47,999 bases of DNA from Alphaproteobacteria bacterium (lineage in GTDB: Bacteria > Pseudomonadota > Alphaproteobacteria > Futianiales > Futianiaceae): positions 1-47,999 of the forward strand of contig JAJLJT010000095.1 of the NCBI GenBank assembly GCA_033844555.1. Direction: 5' to 3'. This document shows positions 11,302 to 22,837 of the stretch, piece after piece; the first letter of the stretch is position 1; each line of letters starts with the position of its first letter. Below the pieces are notes generated by a model. The model ran no database searches. It saw only the letters and a program-made list of their open reading frames with translations, and had not been told where the DNA came from. The position numbers were made by a program, and so were the translations under genes.

Positions 11302-12144
11302 ATGCCCTTTTCCCGCCGCGTCCGCCGCCTCGCCTTCGGTCTCGCCACGCTGGCCGGACGGCCACGCGGCTTCTTCATCCCCTACCGTTACGCAGCCGGC
11401 GCCGATGCGCCCGGCCGCGACGCCTATCCGGAGATCGGGGCCCTGTTCGAGGCCGCGCGCCCGCGCCTTGCGGCATGTCTCGCTGCTTTGGAAGCCCACG
11501 CCGAAGCCTTCGCGCGGATCGGTTCCGCGCCTCCGCCCGCGCCCCGCTGGACCCAGGACTGGTTTCCGACGCTCGACGCCGCCGTCCTCTATCACATGGT
11601 GGCGACGCTTTGCCCCCCGCGCCTTGTCGAGGTCGGTTCCGGGCATTCGACCCGGTTCGCCGTGGCGGCCGTGACGGATGGGGCGCTCGCCACCCGGGTG
11701 ACCGCGATCGACCCCGCACCGCGTGCCGACATCGCGGCCCTGCCGCTCACCCTGCACCGCCTGACCGTTCAGCAGGTTGCGGATGCGCCCTTCGCGGCCT
11801 TGCGGGCGGGCGACATCCTCAGCATCGATTCCAGCCATATACTGATGCCGGGAACGGACGTGGACCGGCTGTTCTCCCGGGTGCTACCGGCCCTACCGGC
11901 CGGTGTGACGGTCCACATCCACGACATCTTCCTGCCAGACGGGTATCCCGAGGACTGGGCGTGGCGTGGTTACAACGAGCAGAATGCGGTGGCCGCCCTG
12001 CTTGCCGGGGGGGGATGGGACGTCCTGTGGGCCAGTCATTACGCCGCCACGCGCATGGCTGCAGAGGTCGCCGAAAGCATCGTCGGGCGGCTTCCCCGGG
12101 CGGCCGGGGCGCGGCCGGCCAGCCTTTGGCTCCGGAAGCGCTGA
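11302..12144 (+). CDS. Class I SAM-dependent methyltransferase (Methyltransf_24-like)
   Basis: LVEVGSGHST, AIDPAP, LSIDSSH, HIHDIFLP and YNEQ motifs. Start approximate. Confidence 0.8.
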   Translation: MPFSRRVRRLAFGLATLAGRPRGFFIPYRYAAGADAPGRDAYPEIGALFEAARPRLAACLAALEAHAEAFARIGSAPPPAPRWTQDWFPTLDAAVLYHMVATLCPPRLVEVGSGHSTRFAVAAVTDGALATRVTAIDPAPRADIAALPLTLHRLTVQQVADAPFAALRAGDILSIDSSHILMPGTDVDRLFSRVLPALPAGVTVHIHDIFLPDGYPEDWAWRGYNEQNAVAALLAGGGWDVLWASHYAATRMAAEVAESIVGRLPRAAGARPASLWLRKR

Positions 12145-12274
12145 GGCCCCGGCTTCACCTTTTCGCGCGCGGTAACGTTTCCGGGCCAGCAAGCGGGCGC
12201 GCACGTCCTATATTTGCTGGAACGACGACACCGGACGGCCGCCGCCGGCGGGACTCCAGCGCGAAGGATACGGG

Positions 12275-13615
12275 ATGCGCAGGTTTCTCCACTTCCTGAT
12301 CGGCGCCCCGCCGGAGGGCGAGCTTCCAGCCCGCGTGCGCGAAGACGTGGCGCGGCAGCAGAACGACAGCGAGATCCTGATCGGTTGGGTGCTGCTGTTC
12401 CTCGTATCGGTGCTGGGCGTGCTTTATGGGGTCGCTCCCAAGGCGTTCGACGAGTCCGCTCCCTTCGAGCCGGTTCCCGTGGTGATCGCGACCCTCGGCG
12501 CGCTGGCTGCCGTGCGGCTTTTGCTCGCCTACCTCGGTGCGCTGCCGCGCCTTCTTCTGGCGCTGAGCGTCATCGCGGAGGTGGGTTTGCTGATCGGTCT
12601 GATCTGGAGCTTTCACATCCAGTATGGCCAGCCGCCCGGATTCTATCTCAAGGCGCCGACCATGCTTTATCTCTTCGGCATCCTCGCCCTGCGCGCGCTC
12701 CGCTTCGAGGCCGCCTATGTGCTGCTTGCCGGGGTGATCGCTGCGGCCGGGTGGGCGTGGCTCGTCTGGTACGCTGTATCCGGCATGGCGATCGGCGACC
12801 CGATCACGCGCGATTTCGTGGAGTACATGACGTCCTACCGTGTCCTGCTGGGCGCGGAGTTCGACAAGATCCTCGCGATCCTGATGGTCACGGGCGTGCT
12901 CGCCCTCGCCATCGTGCGTGCCAATCGCCTGCTTGTCCGTGCCGCTGCACAGGGGCATGCAGCACGCGATCTCTCCCGGTTCTTCGCGCCCGAGGTGGTA
13001 ACGCGGATCACCGGGGCGGAAGACCGGATCGCCGCGGGCGAGGGCGAGATGCGCGAAGCGGCGATCCTGCTTGTCGATATCCGCGGGTTCTCGACGCTGG
13101 CCGCCGAATGGCCGCCCGCTCGCACCATGCGCGTGCTCGCCGAATACGAAGCGCGCATGGTGCCGCTGATCCGCGGCCATGGCGGCGTGGTGGACAAGTT
13201 CATGGGGGACGGCATCCTCGCCACATTCGGTGCCGCGAGGATCAGCGAAACCCCAGCAGCCGACGCGGTTTCCGCAGCGGTCGCCGTGGCGGACGCGGCC
13301 GCCTTCTGGGGGCGGGAGCGGCGCGAGGCCGGAGAGCCCGTGCTGGAAATCGGCGTCGGTGTCGCTTCGGGCCCCGTCGTGTTCGGGGCGGTCGGGCATG
13401 ACGAGCGTCTCGAGTACACGGTGATCGGCGCCGCGGTGAATCTCGCGGCGAAGCTGGAAAAGCACAACAAGGTGCTGCACACCCGTGCGCTCACGGATGC
13501 CGCGACGCTGGCGCTTGCCCGCGCGCAGGGCTGGACCGGGCAGCCCCTGCGAACGGTTGCGGGCGCGCGCGTCGACGGGCTCGACCGCGCCGCGGATCTC
13601 GCGGTGCTGGCCTGA
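12275..13615 (+). CDS. Membrane-anchored class III adenylate/guanylate cyclase
   Basis: About 6 hydrophobic segments, then LLVDIRGFST, DKFMGDGILATFG, GVGVASG and EYTVIGAAVNLAAKLE. Confidence 0.92.
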   Translation: MRRFLHFLIGAPPEGELPARVREDVARQQNDSEILIGWVLLFLVSVLGVLYGVAPKAFDESAPFEPVPVVIATLGALAAVRLLLAYLGALPRLLLALSVIAEVGLLIGLIWSFHIQYGQPPGFYLKAPTMLYLFGILALRALRFEAAYVLLAGVIAAAGWAWLVWYAVSGMAIGDPITRDFVEYMTSYRVLLGAEFDKILAILMVTGVLALAIVRANRLLVRAAAQGHAARDLSRFFAPEVVTRITGAEDRIAAGEGEMREAAILLVDIRGFSTLAAEWPPARTMRVLAEYEARMVPLIRGHGGVVDKFMGDGILATFGAARISETPAADAVSAAVAVADAAAFWGRERREAGEPVLEIGVGVASGPVVFGAVGHDERLEYTVIGAAVNLAAKLEKHNKVLHTRALTDAATLALARAQGWTGQPLRTVAGARVDGLDRAADLAVLA

Positions 13616-13677
13616 CGAGAGCGGGCGGACGCCGCAGCCCTGCCGGGTGCAGGCCCTACCGGGTACGGCGAGCGGCG

Positions 13678-14835
13678 TCAGGCATAGGGATCCGCCGCAT
13701 CCCGCAGTCCGTCGCCCAGGAAGTTGAACGCCAGCACCACGATGATGACCGGGATCATCGGCGCCATCAGCCAGGGATAGACCGTGACGACCGTCAGGTT
13801 CTGCGCCTCGTTCAGCAGCACGCCCCAGGAGACGGCGGGCCGTTTCAGGCCGAGGTTCAGGAAGGACAGCGCCGTCTCGCCCAGGATCATGGTCGGGATC
13901 GACAAAGTTGCCGACGCGATGAGGTGGCTCGTGAAGCCCGGCAGCAGGTGGCGCGCAATGACGCGGCGCGGCTTCGCCCCCATCAGCACCGCGGCGGTCG
14001 CGTAATCCTCCTCGCGCAGCGACAGCAGCTTCGAACGCACCGCGCGCGCCAGCCCCGGCCAGTCGAGCAGGCCCAGGATGACCGTGATGCCTATGTAGAT
14101 CAGCACCGGACTCCAGGTCACGGGCAGTGCCGCCGACAGCGCCATCCACATCGGCAGTTCCGGCAGCGAACGCAGGATCTCGATCACCCTCTGTATGGCT
14201 GCATCGACCAGCCCGCCGAAATACCCGGCCATACCGCCCAGCACGATGCCGAGCGTCAGGCTGATCGCGACGCCGATCAGGCCGACGGTCAGCGAAATTC
14301 GCGCCCCGTAGACGATTCCCGAAAAGAGGTCGCGGCCCAGCCGGTCGGTGCCGAGCAGGAACAGCGTGCCCCCCTGCGGCGCGCAGACAAGCCGGAAGCG
14401 CGCCTCGAACAGCCCCCAGAATTGGTAGGGCCCGCCCTGGCAAAAGAAACGCAGGGGCTGCGGCGAGGTTCGGTCCGTCCGGTATTCCCAGCGGAAGTTC
14501 TCCAGATCCGGTTCGGCGATCATCGGGTAGGTGAAGGGTCCGATGAACCGGCCCTCGTGAAACAGGTGAACGCCCTGCGGCGGTGCGTAGAGATGCGCGT
14601 TGTCGCGCGCATTGGGCGTGTAGGGCGCGATCGCCTCCGCGAACGGCACGGTCAGGTAGATCAGCAGGAGCAGGACGCCCGACCACAGCGCGACCCGGTG
14701 GCGCTTGAACCGCCACCACATCAGCGTCCATTGCGAGGCGCGGTAATACCGCTCCTGTTCCGGTGTCAGGACGTCGTCCCGCCCCGGCTCGAAGGGGGCC
14801 GGGTCGACGTAGTGCGTCAGCTTTTCCCCGCTCAT
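13678..14835 (-). CDS. ABC importer permease (OppC/DppC type)
   Basis: LLGTDRLGRD, GARISL, EAA-like loop, HLLP and ETALSFL. Confidence 0.93.
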   Translation of the reverse strand: MSGEKLTHYVDPAPFEPGRDDVLTPEQERYYRASQWTLMWWRFKRHRVALWSGVLLLLIYLTVPFAEAIAPYTPNARDNAHLYAPPQGVHLFHEGRFIGPFTYPMIAEPDLENFRWEYRTDRTSPQPLRFFCQGGPYQFWGLFEARFRLVCAPQGGTLFLLGTDRLGRDLFSGIVYGARISLTVGLIGVAISLTLGIVLGGMAGYFGGLVDAAIQRVIEILRSLPELPMWMALSAALPVTWSPVLIYIGITVILGLLDWPGLARAVRSKLLSLREEDYATAAVLMGAKPRRVIARHLLPGFTSHLIASATLSIPTMILGETALSFLNLGLKRPAVSWGVLLNEAQNLTVVTVYPWLMAPMIPVIIVVLAFNFLGDGLRDAADPYA

Positions 14836-15857
14836 CGCGTGCGCCCCCCGTCCAGCCGGATGCGCGGATCGAGAACCGCGAGCAGAAGGTCGGAGATCAG
14901 CATTCCGACCAGCGTCAGGACCGCCACGAACAGCAGGATGAAGCCTGCTAGGTACTGGTCCTGCGACTGCAGCGCGCCCAGCAGGATCGGCCCTACCGTC
15001 GGCAGGTTCAGTACGACCGACACGATGACCGAACCGGAAACGAGTTGCGGCAGCAGGTTTCCGATGTCCGCGATGAACGGGTTGAGCGCCATGCGCAGCG
15101 GGTACTTCATCAGCAGCTTGCGCTCACCGAGGCCCTTGGCACGTGCCGTCGTGACATAGGGCTTGCGCAACTCGTCGAGCAGGTTGGCCCTCAGCCGCCG
15201 GATCATTGCGGCGGTACCGGCGGTGCCGATCACGACGGTCGGCACGATCAGATGCGCGAGCACCGACCCCAGCTTGGCGAGGCTCCACGGCTCCCCGATG
15301 TACTCGGGCGCCATCAGCCCGCCGACGGACAGGCCGAACCAGGCGTTTGCGTAGTAAAGCAGGATCAGCCCAAGGAGGAAGTTGGGCGTCGCGAGGCCCA
15401 GGTAGCCGATCAGCGTGATGCCGTAGTCGCCCCAGGAATATTGCCGCGTCGCCGAGTAGATCCCGATGGGGAAAGACACGATATAGACGAACAGGACGGT
15501 CGCGAGGTTCAGCACGATGGTCAGCAGGACGGTCTGTCCGACCACGTCGGTCACGGGCCGGTCATACTCGAACGACCAGCCGAAATTGCCCTGCAGGATT
15601 CCACTGAAACCGTTGGGACCGGGCAGCGCGCCCACCCAGATCAGGTAGCGTTCCAGAAAAGGGCGGTCGAGCGCAAACTCGTTGCGCAGGAACTCCAGTT
15701 TCGCGACCGACGCGCTCTCGCCCTGCGCCTGCAATTCCGCAATCTGGTTGGACAGATAGTCGCCGGGCGGAAGCTCGATGACCAGGAACATCAGCAGCGA
15801 AACGACGATGAGCGTCGGGATCATCGTCAGCAAGCGGCGCACGACATAGGCCCCCAT
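14832..15857 (-). CDS. ABC importer permease (OppB/DppB type)
   Basis: YVVRRLL, LPPGD and PYVTTARAKGL. ATGA overlap with the next gene. Confidence 0.93.
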   Translation of the reverse strand: MGAYVVRRLLTMIPTLIVVSLLMFLVIELPPGDYLSNQIAELQAQGESASVAKLEFLRNEFALDRPFLERYLIWVGALPGPNGFSGILQGNFGWSFEYDRPVTDVVGQTVLLTIVLNLATVLFVYIVSFPIGIYSATRQYSWGDYGITLIGYLGLATPNFLLGLILLYYANAWFGLSVGGLMAPEYIGEPWSLAKLGSVLAHLIVPTVVIGTAGTAAMIRRLRANLLDELRKPYVTTARAKGLGERKLLMKYPLRMALNPFIADIGNLLPQLVSGSVIVSVVLNLPTVGPILLGALQSQDQYLAGFILLFVAVLTLVGMLISDLLLAVLDPRIRLDGGRTR

Positions 15858-15909
15858 CAGCGGGCCCTCCGGTGTGCAGGGCCGATCCTGCGTGCCTTCG
15901 CGGTGTGGG

Positions 15910-17876
15910 TCATTGGGTTGCCGGCGCCTCCCCGCTCTCGGGGCCGCTCCTGGGGGCGTCGGTGCGCCAGAAGGTATCCATGCGGAACAGGCCGAAGTGC
16001 GCGCCGGGGTCCCAACCGTAGAAGGCAGTCTCGGGCACGTTGCGCAGGATGTTCGACACCGCCACGGGCTGGGGTATGCCCTGAACCGTGCCGATGGTCA
16101 GCGTCTCCTCGGCATGAATTTCCAGCATCGCGTCCCACGCCGCGGCCTGCGCTTGCCGGGTCGTCGCCGCGTTCCAGTCCTCGTAGAGTGCGAGCAGGCG
16201 CCGGGCCCAATCGGTGTCCGGTTCCTCGCCGCTGGTGCCGCGCGTCTCGTGATACTGGCCCCATTCCGGCCAGGCGAGCATCGCCTGGCTGACCGGGGCA
16301 AGCTCGTCGGGCACCATTTCCGGCGTTGGAATGCCGTTGTCGAAGCCGTCCCACACGGACATGACCAGCTGTCCGGCGAAGGCGCGGTTGCGCATCACGT
16401 CCCGCTGCGAGGACTTCACGAACAGCGCCACCCCGATCTCGCGCCACGTCTCCTCGATCAGCGCCAGCATGTCGACCTGCTCCTGGCTTTCGCCCGCGGT
16501 CTCGACGATGATCTGCAGCGGCCGGCCGTCAGGCATCAGGCGGATCCCGTCGCCGCGCCGCCCGGTGAGGCCGATCTCGTCGAGAAGGCGGTTCGCCTCC
16601 GCCGTGTCGTATCGGCACCAGTCGGACCGGTAGGGCTCCCGCGACAGCGGGCTGCGCGGCAGCGCCGTGTTGTTCGCGGGTGTGCCGAGACCGAAATACA
16701 TCACCCGGTTCAGCATCTCCCGGTCGATGCCCAGCGATAGCGCGTGCCGGAAACGCCGGTCGCGCACCAGCGCCCGCCAGACCGGGTCGGTGACGGTCAT
16801 GTTCGGGTAGAGCGCCATGGCCGATCCCTTGGAGATCGGCCAAAGGTACGTCCGGTAGTTCCCGCCGCGTTCGCCGCGCTTCAGCGTCGTGATGTTGGAG
16901 AAGCCGATGCCGCGGGCCTGCAGGTCGCTTTCGCCTGCGGCAGTCTTGGCCGCGATCAGCCGGCCGTCGGCCACCATCAGCACCAGCCGGTCGATGTAGG
17001 GAAGTTGCCGGCCCTGCGCATCGATCCGGTGGAAATAGGGATTGCGCACGAGAACATAACGCTGCGCCGGCGACTCGGTCGTATTCATCCAGGGTTGCAG
17101 CGTGGGCATCTCCACATTGGAGAAGTCGTACATCTCGTCGGCGCGGTTGTGCAGTGCGGCCCAGTTGCGTACCCGCGCTTCCGCGATCATCCGCTCCAGG
17201 TCCGCCGGATCGCCATAGCGCTCGTGAAACCGCTTCAGATAATGCGCGGGCCGATAGATGAAGGGTGGCCGCGCCTTCGCCAGTTCGGGCAGGAAGGCGG
17301 GGTTGGGAGTGTCCCAGCTGTAGCGGACCGCGGTCTCGGATATCACCTCGAAGCCGGGCAGCTTGCCGTCGGACATGAAGAAAGCCGGCGGGCCGGAGGG
17401 CATCAGGTGCGGGTTGTTCGCCACGTCCTCCCAGTAGTACCGGAAGTCTTCCGACGTGAAGGGTTGTCCGTCCGACCAGCGGTGACCCTCGCGCAGGATA
17501 AGGGTGATGGCCCTGCCGTCGGGACTGACCTCGACAGCCTTCAGGATATCCGGCTTGAGTTCGAGGTCCTCGGTCCAGCCGACCAGCCGCGCATATCCCC
17601 AGACGACGGCGAGGCGCACGTCCTTGGTCCGGCCGATCAGCGTCGTCAGGTCGCCGCCATGGCGTCCGGGCGTCCGGCCCATCGCCGCCATGTCCGTCAC
17701 CAGCGGTTCCGCCGGAACCCGCTCTGCCACCGGGGGCAGGATCGTCGTCGGGTGAGAGCGATTGAGCGTCGGGGTCTCGACGAGGGTGGGTGGGCTTCCG
17801 GTCTCTGCATGTGCGGTCGCACATACCGTGCCGAACGCCAGCAGAAGAATCGCGGTCATACCGGTCAAACCACGCC

Positions 17877-17880
<4 letters not shown>
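15910..17880 (-). CDS. Family 5 ABC substrate-binding protein
   Basis: Signal peptide, LPPVAERVP, LREGHRWSDGQPFTSED and RNPYF..D..G.QLPYID. ATG overlaps the stop of the ATPase gene. Confidence 0.92.
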
Positions 17881-19766
<1,886 letters not shown>

Positions 19767-19808
19767 GGCTAACACACCCCTCGGCGCGTTCACGCGCGCT
19801 TCATGGTG

Positions 19809-20303
19809 TCATGGTGACCGATCTGGGGCCGAATCCAAAGCCTGAAGATTGACGCGCGTGCGTTCAGACAGCGGCACGGCCGCTCTGCGCGCCATGGCGC
19901 GTGCTTGCGCAACCAGGATGGAGAAGTCCCCGGTCTCGCTGTCGATGCTGAGCCGCTCCCGCCGGCTGCCGAGGCGCAGGACGAACAGCCCCCGGCGACG
20001 ATCGAGCATGCCGGGATAATAGTCCAGCCGGAACGAGGCGATGTCTGCGAGATCGAGCCGCCGCCGGCCCAACATGTCCTCCACCGTCAGGATGCCGTCC
20101 GCGAGGGTTATCCGTCGGCCCTTGCGGACCAGCGCCCGGACGCACAGGAAGGCGAAGAGCGCCAGAACCGTGCCCATCAGGACCGCGACCAGCGGTGCCG
20201 GCCGTATCCCCGCAAGCAGCGCGCCCATTGCAATGGTTCCTGCCGCACCGATCGCCACGTCGCGCCAGACCGCGAAGGGCTGGACTCGCGCCTGCACCTT
20301 CAT
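19809..20303 (-). CDS. Hypothetical membrane protein (2 TM helices plus beta-rich soluble domain)
   Basis: ATGA overlap with the upstream gene, two hydrophobic segments, fills the gap in the operon. Confidence 0.7.
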   Translation of the reverse strand: MKVQARVQPFAVWRDVAIGAAGTIAMGALLAGIRPAPLVAVLMGTVLALFAFLCVRALVRKGRRITLADGILTVEDMLGRRRLDLADIASFRLDYYPGMLDRRRGLFVLRLGSRRERLSIDSETGDFSILVAQARAMARRAAVPLSERTRVNLQALDSAPDRSP

Positions 20304-21058
20304 GCCGCCAGCCGCCCGAACAGCGCATCCGGGGCGGGCCAGGACACGGCTTTCGCCGCCGCCAGGTCTGCCAGCAGGCGGGAGAGCGTGTGCCAGGCCG
20401 TCGCGTCATGCTGCAGGTGATGCGTCAGCAAACCGACCGGGCCGCGGCGGCGCCCGCTTGCCCGCGCCGCGATGGCCCCTGCAAGATCGGCCGCGACGTC
20501 CGGGTAGGGCCGGCCCTCCCGCCGCCGCCAGTCGATCAGGTCCACCTCCGGGTTCAGCTGGAAGAGGCCGGTTCCCGCCGCCTCCGACCGTCCGGCGAAG
20601 GTCGAGAGCGCGGCGAACCCCGCACGGGAGAGTTCCCGCACGACGATGGCGTCGATCCGGTTCCAGGGCGGGACGAGCACCGGCAGCGTGCGCCCGGGAA
20701 AGCGCGTTTCCAGCGACCGGCGTGCCGTTTCGAGTGCCGCGACAAGCTTCAGGGCCTCCCCGGTGTCGGCGGCGGTCAGCTCCTGTTTGCGGTCATCGGG
20801 CTGCGCACGGTTCTCGTGGGCGAGACCGTGCACCGCGACGGCCACACGGTCCGCGTCCGCAAGCGCGGCCTGGAGCGTCGCGTCTGCCCGCGCCGGTATG
20901 ACCGCGAGCACGACCGGCAGGTCATAGCGTGCGGCCAGCGTCAGGAGACGGTCGAGCGCGGGGTTGGCGCGCGTTGCATCGTCGTCTCGCCACCAGAGTG
21001 CGATGCCACCCGTCCCGGCGGCGTCGCTGAGCGCGGCGGCGAGACGCGGGTCGGTCAT
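20300..21058 (-). CDS. Polysaccharide deacetylase-fold (CE4-like) protein
   Basis: WWRDDDA, LAVIP, HGLAH, VPPWNRI and LLTHH. GAGGAG RBS upstream. Confidence 0.8.
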   Translation of the reverse strand: MTDPRLAAALSDAAGTGGIALWWRDDDATRANPALDRLLTLAARYDLPVVLAVIPARADATLQAALADADRVAVAVHGLAHENRAQPDDRKQELTAADTGEALKLVAALETARRSLETRFPGRTLPVLVPPWNRIDAIVVRELSRAGFAALSTFAGRSEAAGTGLFQLNPEVDLIDWRRREGRPYPDVAADLAGAIAARASGRRRGPVGLLTHHLQHDATAWHTLSRLLADLAAAKAVSWPAPDALFGRLAA

Positions 21059-21071
21059 GGCGTGTCTCTCC

Positions 21072-22229
21072 TCAGTCCGCGGCCGGCGTGCCAATCCGGG
21101 CGCGTACCCACTCGGCGGTGACCTCCGCACCGTCGAGGCGGGCGTCGACCTTCGGCGGCGGCGGTCCGGCGAGTGTCGCATCGATCGCGCGCGCCAGCCC
21201 TGCCGCCTCGATTCCCTTTTCGTGCACCACCGTGACGAGCCGTGCCCGTTCGAAGATCTCGGCGCGTGCTGCCTGCTCGCTTTCCTTGCCGCCCGCGAAG
21301 GGCACGATGACGGCCCGCACGCCGGTCGCCAGCAGGTCCATCATCGTGTTGTAGCCGGCCTGGCTGACCGAAAGCGCGGCATTTGCCAGCAGGCCGCGAT
21401 AGTCGGGCCGGGCCGTCTCCACGATCGTGCCCGGCTGCCGCGCCGCACGCGCGACGAAATCCGCCTGCCAGCGGGGGTCGGCGTTGGATCCCGTCAGGAA
21501 CCGCCAGACGCGGCCGCTCCCGGCGCCAAGTGCATGGGCCGCAAGGGCCGCCTCGAACAGTGCCTGGCCCATTGCTCCGCCCCCGGCGGCGACCACGATC
21601 TCGTCCGCGCCATCCTGCGTTTCGGGCATGCCCTCGCGCGCGACATATCCCGTGTAGACGAGCAGATCGCGAACCTCGGCCGCGGCCGGGTAGCTTGCCT
21701 CCAGCGGGCTGATGCTCTCCACCCCATGCACCAGAACGGCGTCGAAGGCGGCGCGCGCGGTCTCGATGCTCTGCTCGATCCTGAGGGCCTTTGGCGATGG
21801 AATGAGGATATCCCGGACCGAGGAGACAAGCAGCGGCCGCGGCTGCATCGCGTGGATCCGTTCCACGAAAGGTTCCAGTTCGAAGCGCATCTTGTGCCGC
21901 CCGAAGGGAAACAGCTCCGTGATCACCATGTCGGGCCGGGTTTCTTCCAGCGTATCGAGCAGGGCCGCAGTGCGCTTCTGCTTCCAAGCCTCGGTGATGT
22001 CGCGGCCTTCCGCGTCGGCCAGCCCCTTGAAGTCGGCGCCGGTCGCACGCGCCGCGGGAAGCTGGACGAATTGTGCGCACCGTACGTCATGTCCGACCAC
22101 CGGCAGTCCGCCAGCGACGAAGGTCACCGTCAGTCCCACGTCGGTCATGGCCTCGGCGAGGGCGGCGGCGCGGACATAGTGACCGGTGCCGAGAAGATGC
22201 TGCACATAGATGAGGACGCGTCCGGTCAT
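21072..22229 (-). CDS. GT-B glycosyltransferase with GT28-like C-terminal domain
   Basis: VLIYVQHLLGTGH, ELFPFGR, SSVRDIL, SQAGYNT and EQAARA. Confidence 0.88.
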   Translation of the reverse strand: MTGRVLIYVQHLLGTGHYVRAAALAEAMTDVGLTVTFVAGGLPVVGHDVRCAQFVQLPAARATGADFKGLADAEGRDITEAWKQKRTAALLDTLEETRPDMVITELFPFGRHKMRFELEPFVERIHAMQPRPLLVSSVRDILIPSPKALRIEQSIETARAAFDAVLVHGVESISPLEASYPAAAEVRDLLVYTGYVAREGMPETQDGADEIVVAAGGGAMGQALFEAALAAHALGAGSGRVWRFLTGSNADPRWQADFVARAARQPGTIVETARPDYRGLLANAALSVSQAGYNTMMDLLATGVRAVIVPFAGGKESEQAARAEIFERARLVTVVHEKGIEAAGLARAIDATLAGPPPPKVDARLDGAEVTAEWVRARIGTPAAD

Positions 22230-22837
22230 GTGGTCTGCCTGGGCTCCAGCGGAATATTGGCCTCGACCAGCGCGATGGAGCCTTGCGCGTCGAGGCTGAA
22301 GAGGTGGAGGGCCGCACTGTCGAGGCGGATGGGAGGTTTGTGCGTCATGTCCCAGCCGGTCGCAAGGGCCAGCGCCGCACGCAGCACGCCCTTGTGCGTG
22401 ACGACGAAGGCGCTCGTGCGTGCAGCGCCCAGCTCGGCCAGAAGGTCCGAAAGACGCGCCATGACCTCCCGGGGGCGTTCGCCGCCTGGCGGCGCGAGTT
22501 CGAGCCCGCGCGCTTCCGCTGCCGCCATGCCCTCGGGGTCGGCCGCGCGCAGATCCGACAGCCGCTTGCCTTCCCACGCGCCCCAATCGGTCTCGATCAG
22601 CCGGGGATCGGTTTCGATGTGGCCGGACCAAAGCTGGCTTGCCGTTTCGACAGCGCGGGCGAGCGGACTGGACAGGCAGCGTTCCGCGGCTGCGATCCGG
22701 GTTGGAAGCCTCAGCCTGCCGAGCGCGGCCTTGGACTCGCGCAGCAGTGGAACGTTCTGGCGCCCCTGGATCAGGCCGGACGCGTTCCACGCGGTCGGGT
22801 AGTGCCGCATCAGCGCGATCCAGCCTGCCTCGGTCAT
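22226..22837 (-). CDS. Histidine phosphatase (phosphoglycerate mutase-like) family protein
   Basis: RH..T.WN, SSPLARAVETA, E.DWGAWEG, PPGGE and VTHKG. Confidence 0.9.
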   Translation of the reverse strand: MTEAGWIALMRHYPTAWNASGLIQGRQNVPLLRESKAALGRLRLPTRIAAAERCLSSPLARAVETASQLWSGHIETDPRLIETDWGAWEGKRLSDLRAADPEGMAAAEARGLELAPPGGERPREVMARLSDLLAELGAARTSAFVVTHKGVLRAALALATGWDMTHKPPIRLDSAALHLFSLDAQGSIALVEANIPLEPRQTT

